Translations under genes and position numbers: made by a program
Part shown: positions 62,349 through 64,000 of the stretch, piece after piece
Layout: each line of letters begins with the position of its first letter
Position numbering within the stretch: position 1 is the stretch's first letter
Assembly (NCBI GenBank): GCA_027451365.1
Contig: DAIDJN010000034.1
Coordinates: forward strand, 34,268 to 98,267
Length of the DNA: 64,000 nt
Source: Phycisphaerales bacterium
Lineage (GTDB): Bacteria; Planctomycetota; Phycisphaerae; WQYP01
Direction of reading: 5' to 3'
Notes under the pieces: model-generated
What the model was told of the DNA's origin: nothing
Seen by the model: the letters and a program-made list of their open reading frames with translations, nothing else
The model's database searches: none

Positions 62349-64000
62349 GTAACTGTTCACCGCTCCGCGGCGAATATTCACAATAACGACGCTGGCGCGC
62401 TCGGGTAATTGGTGTTATGCTTGACTTCACCATGGATGGTGAAGTTCAAAAACATCGCAAACAACTGGTCGCAAACGCGGTCGCAAATCCGACCGTCAGC
62501 ATGGCGCAATACCGTAATCTGACCAAGCGATTTAATTATTTTCTCAAGCAATATGACAAACGCAAGGAGGAATTGAGCCATTACCGTGCGCGGTGTTACG
62601 ACTTGGAAGGCGAACTGCGGGTTATTCGGCCGGAGGTCTATCAGGCCTATCAGAAGATCGACCGCCAGCAGCAGCGGCTGAATAAGCTTGAAGCGGAGAA
62701 TATCGCCTTGCGTAAGGAATTGGCTGGGATTAAGGAGAAGCTGCATCAGCAGCCCAAGGTGTTACCCACGTTTGTTAAAGCCAACGTACCCAAAGACAAG
62801 CCTCACCTGCGGCCTGGCCGCAAGGTTGGCCATGCCGCCGCGCTTCGGCGCATGCCGGAAAAGATTGATGAGTACATTGATGTACCAGTTCCCCGGGATG
62901 CCATGGGTGCGGCGTGTTGCCCGCATTGCAGTGTCCAATTGGCGGAGGTGGAAAAACATGACCGCATCGTGGAAGACATCATCCCGGCCAAGGTGATTGC
63001 CCGCTGCTATCACACCATCAGCGGCTATTGTCCGGGATGCCGTAAGCGGGTGGAGAGTCGAGCACCGGAGCAGCCGCCGGCGGTGGATCTTCCGCATGGA
63101 CAAATAGGGATCAATGCCTTGGCTACGGCGGCGTTGCTGCGGGTGCAGTATCGCCTGCCGTACCGGTTGAGCACGCAACTGCTGGCAGACTTGCCGGGAT
63201 TAACGGTCTCTCCCGGAGCCGTGACCAAACAGATACGTCGCATGAGCCATTGGCTGGAAGGAGAATATGATCGACTGCAGGTCTTCCTTCGCTGCGCGCC
63301 GGCGGTACATATGGATGAGACCACCTGGCGGGTCAATGGGATCAATCAGTGGCTTTGGACACTCTTGGATGACCAGCACACGCTTTTCCATGTCGATAAG
63401 AGCCGGGGGCAAAAGGTGGTGCAGAAATTACTGGGGGAAGTCTTTGGTGGCGTGCTGGTAAGCGACTTTTATTGTGGGTATTCAAAACTCTCGGCCCGGA
63501 AACAGAAATGTCTGGTGCATGTATTACGGGAGTTAAAGGAAACCTCGATAAAAAGCCCGGCATTTGCCAAGGGATCATTCTGTCGAAGGCTTAAGCGGCT
63601 GCTCAAGGAGATGCTGTTACTCAAGAAGAACAAGCCGGATATGGAAGTTCAAGAATATCAGCGCCGGGGCAAGCAGATGGAAGGGCGGCTCAAGGAGCTG
63701 GCCCAACAGCGGTGGGAAGAACCCCACGCGGACCGTCTGGTCGCAAGACTGCGGAAACACGAAAAGGAATTGACGGTATTTCTCTGGGAAGACGCGGTGG
63801 ATGGGACCAACAACGCGGCGGAACGGGCGCTACGGCCAGCGGTGGTGATGCGGAAGATCACCGGCGGAAGCCGCAGTGAACGGGGAGCCAGAGCCACGGC
63901 TGTGCTGATGTCGGTCCTACGCACGGCCCGCCAGCAGAATCGGCCACTGTTTGAAACGATCAGGACGCTTCTCATGAATGCATGGGCCGGAAAAAATCCC
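62349..64000 (+). mobile_element. IS66-family insertion sequence (single-ORF, ISBst12-like), right end outside the window
   Basis: Left end GTAACTGTTCAC at 62349, followed by the transposase ORF. Confidence 0.85.
62432..64000 (+). CDS. IS66 transposase, 3'-partial (absent from the ORF track because it has no stop in the window)
   Basis: Manual translation: leucine zipper, CPHC..CPGC Zn ribbon, VHMDETTW, LVSDFY, QKCLVH, TNNAAERALRPAVVMRK. Confidence 0.92.
   Translation, partial: MDGEVQKHRKQLVANAVANPTVSMAQYRNLTKRFNYFLKQYDKRKEELSHYRARCYDLEGELRVIRPEVYQAYQKIDRQQQRLNKLEAENIALRKELAGIKEKLHQQPKVLPTFVKANVPKDKPHLRPGRKVGHAAALRRMPEKIDEYIDVPVPRDAMGAACCPHCSVQLAEVEKHDRIVEDIIPAKVIARCYHTISGYCPGCRKRVESRAPEQPPAVDLPHGQIGINALATAALLRVQYRLPYRLSTQLLADLPGLTVSPGAVTKQIRRMSHWLEGEYDRLQVFLRCAPAVHMDETTWRVNGINQWLWTLLDDQHTLFHVDKSRGQKVVQKLLGEVFGGVLVSDFYCGYSKLSARKQKCLVHVLRELKETSIKSPAFAKGSFCRRLKRLLKEMLLLKKNKPDMEVQEYQRRGKQMEGRLKELAQQRWEEPHADRLVARLRKHEKELTVFLWEDAVDGTNNAAERALRPAVVMRKITGGSRSERGARATAVLMSVLRTARQQNRPLFETIRTLLMNAWAGKNP

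Noticed and set aside
1..64000. tRNA, rRNA, CRISPR array, prophage or integrase
   Set aside because: None recognised by eye; a tRNAscan or CRISPR finder run would be needed to exclude them fully.

Overview
64-kb bacterial chromosomal window, probably Planctomycetota (Phycisphaerae-like). That placement is an inference from three PEP-CTERM-type proteins, a prepilin/H-X9-DG protein and a DUF1570-like protein. Layout: (1) gatA, then a ~19.5-kb surface-polysaccharide island with different composition (GT4/GT2s, Wzx, Wzy-like, acetyl-, methyl- and sulfotransferase, two beta-helix proteins, two PEP-CTERM-type proteins) ending at a 5'-truncated GT2. (2) A housekeeping block: lysC with a nested beta-subunit start, a peptide ABC operon, CHASE3-GGDEF-EAL, icd, a receiver protein, mutM, HAD, a Tat-exported GH127-like enzyme, gatB, DUF1570, REC-HD-GYP, a DUF71 plus BtuF-like pair, a Ppm1-like GT2 and a NifA-like bEBP. 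(3) A clear cobalamin riboswitch heading a PEP-CTERM plus pilin-like operon, then mrp. (4) A decayed methyltransferase-HNH pair, a compact type VII secretion-like operon (two small WXG100-like genes, a larger helical partner and an EccC/EssC-like FtsK ATPase) and an IS66 element running off the right end. Best candidates for a new system: the minimal T7SS-like operon and the B12-regulated PEP-CTERM/pilin-like module. All calls come from manual motif recognition; no searches were run.
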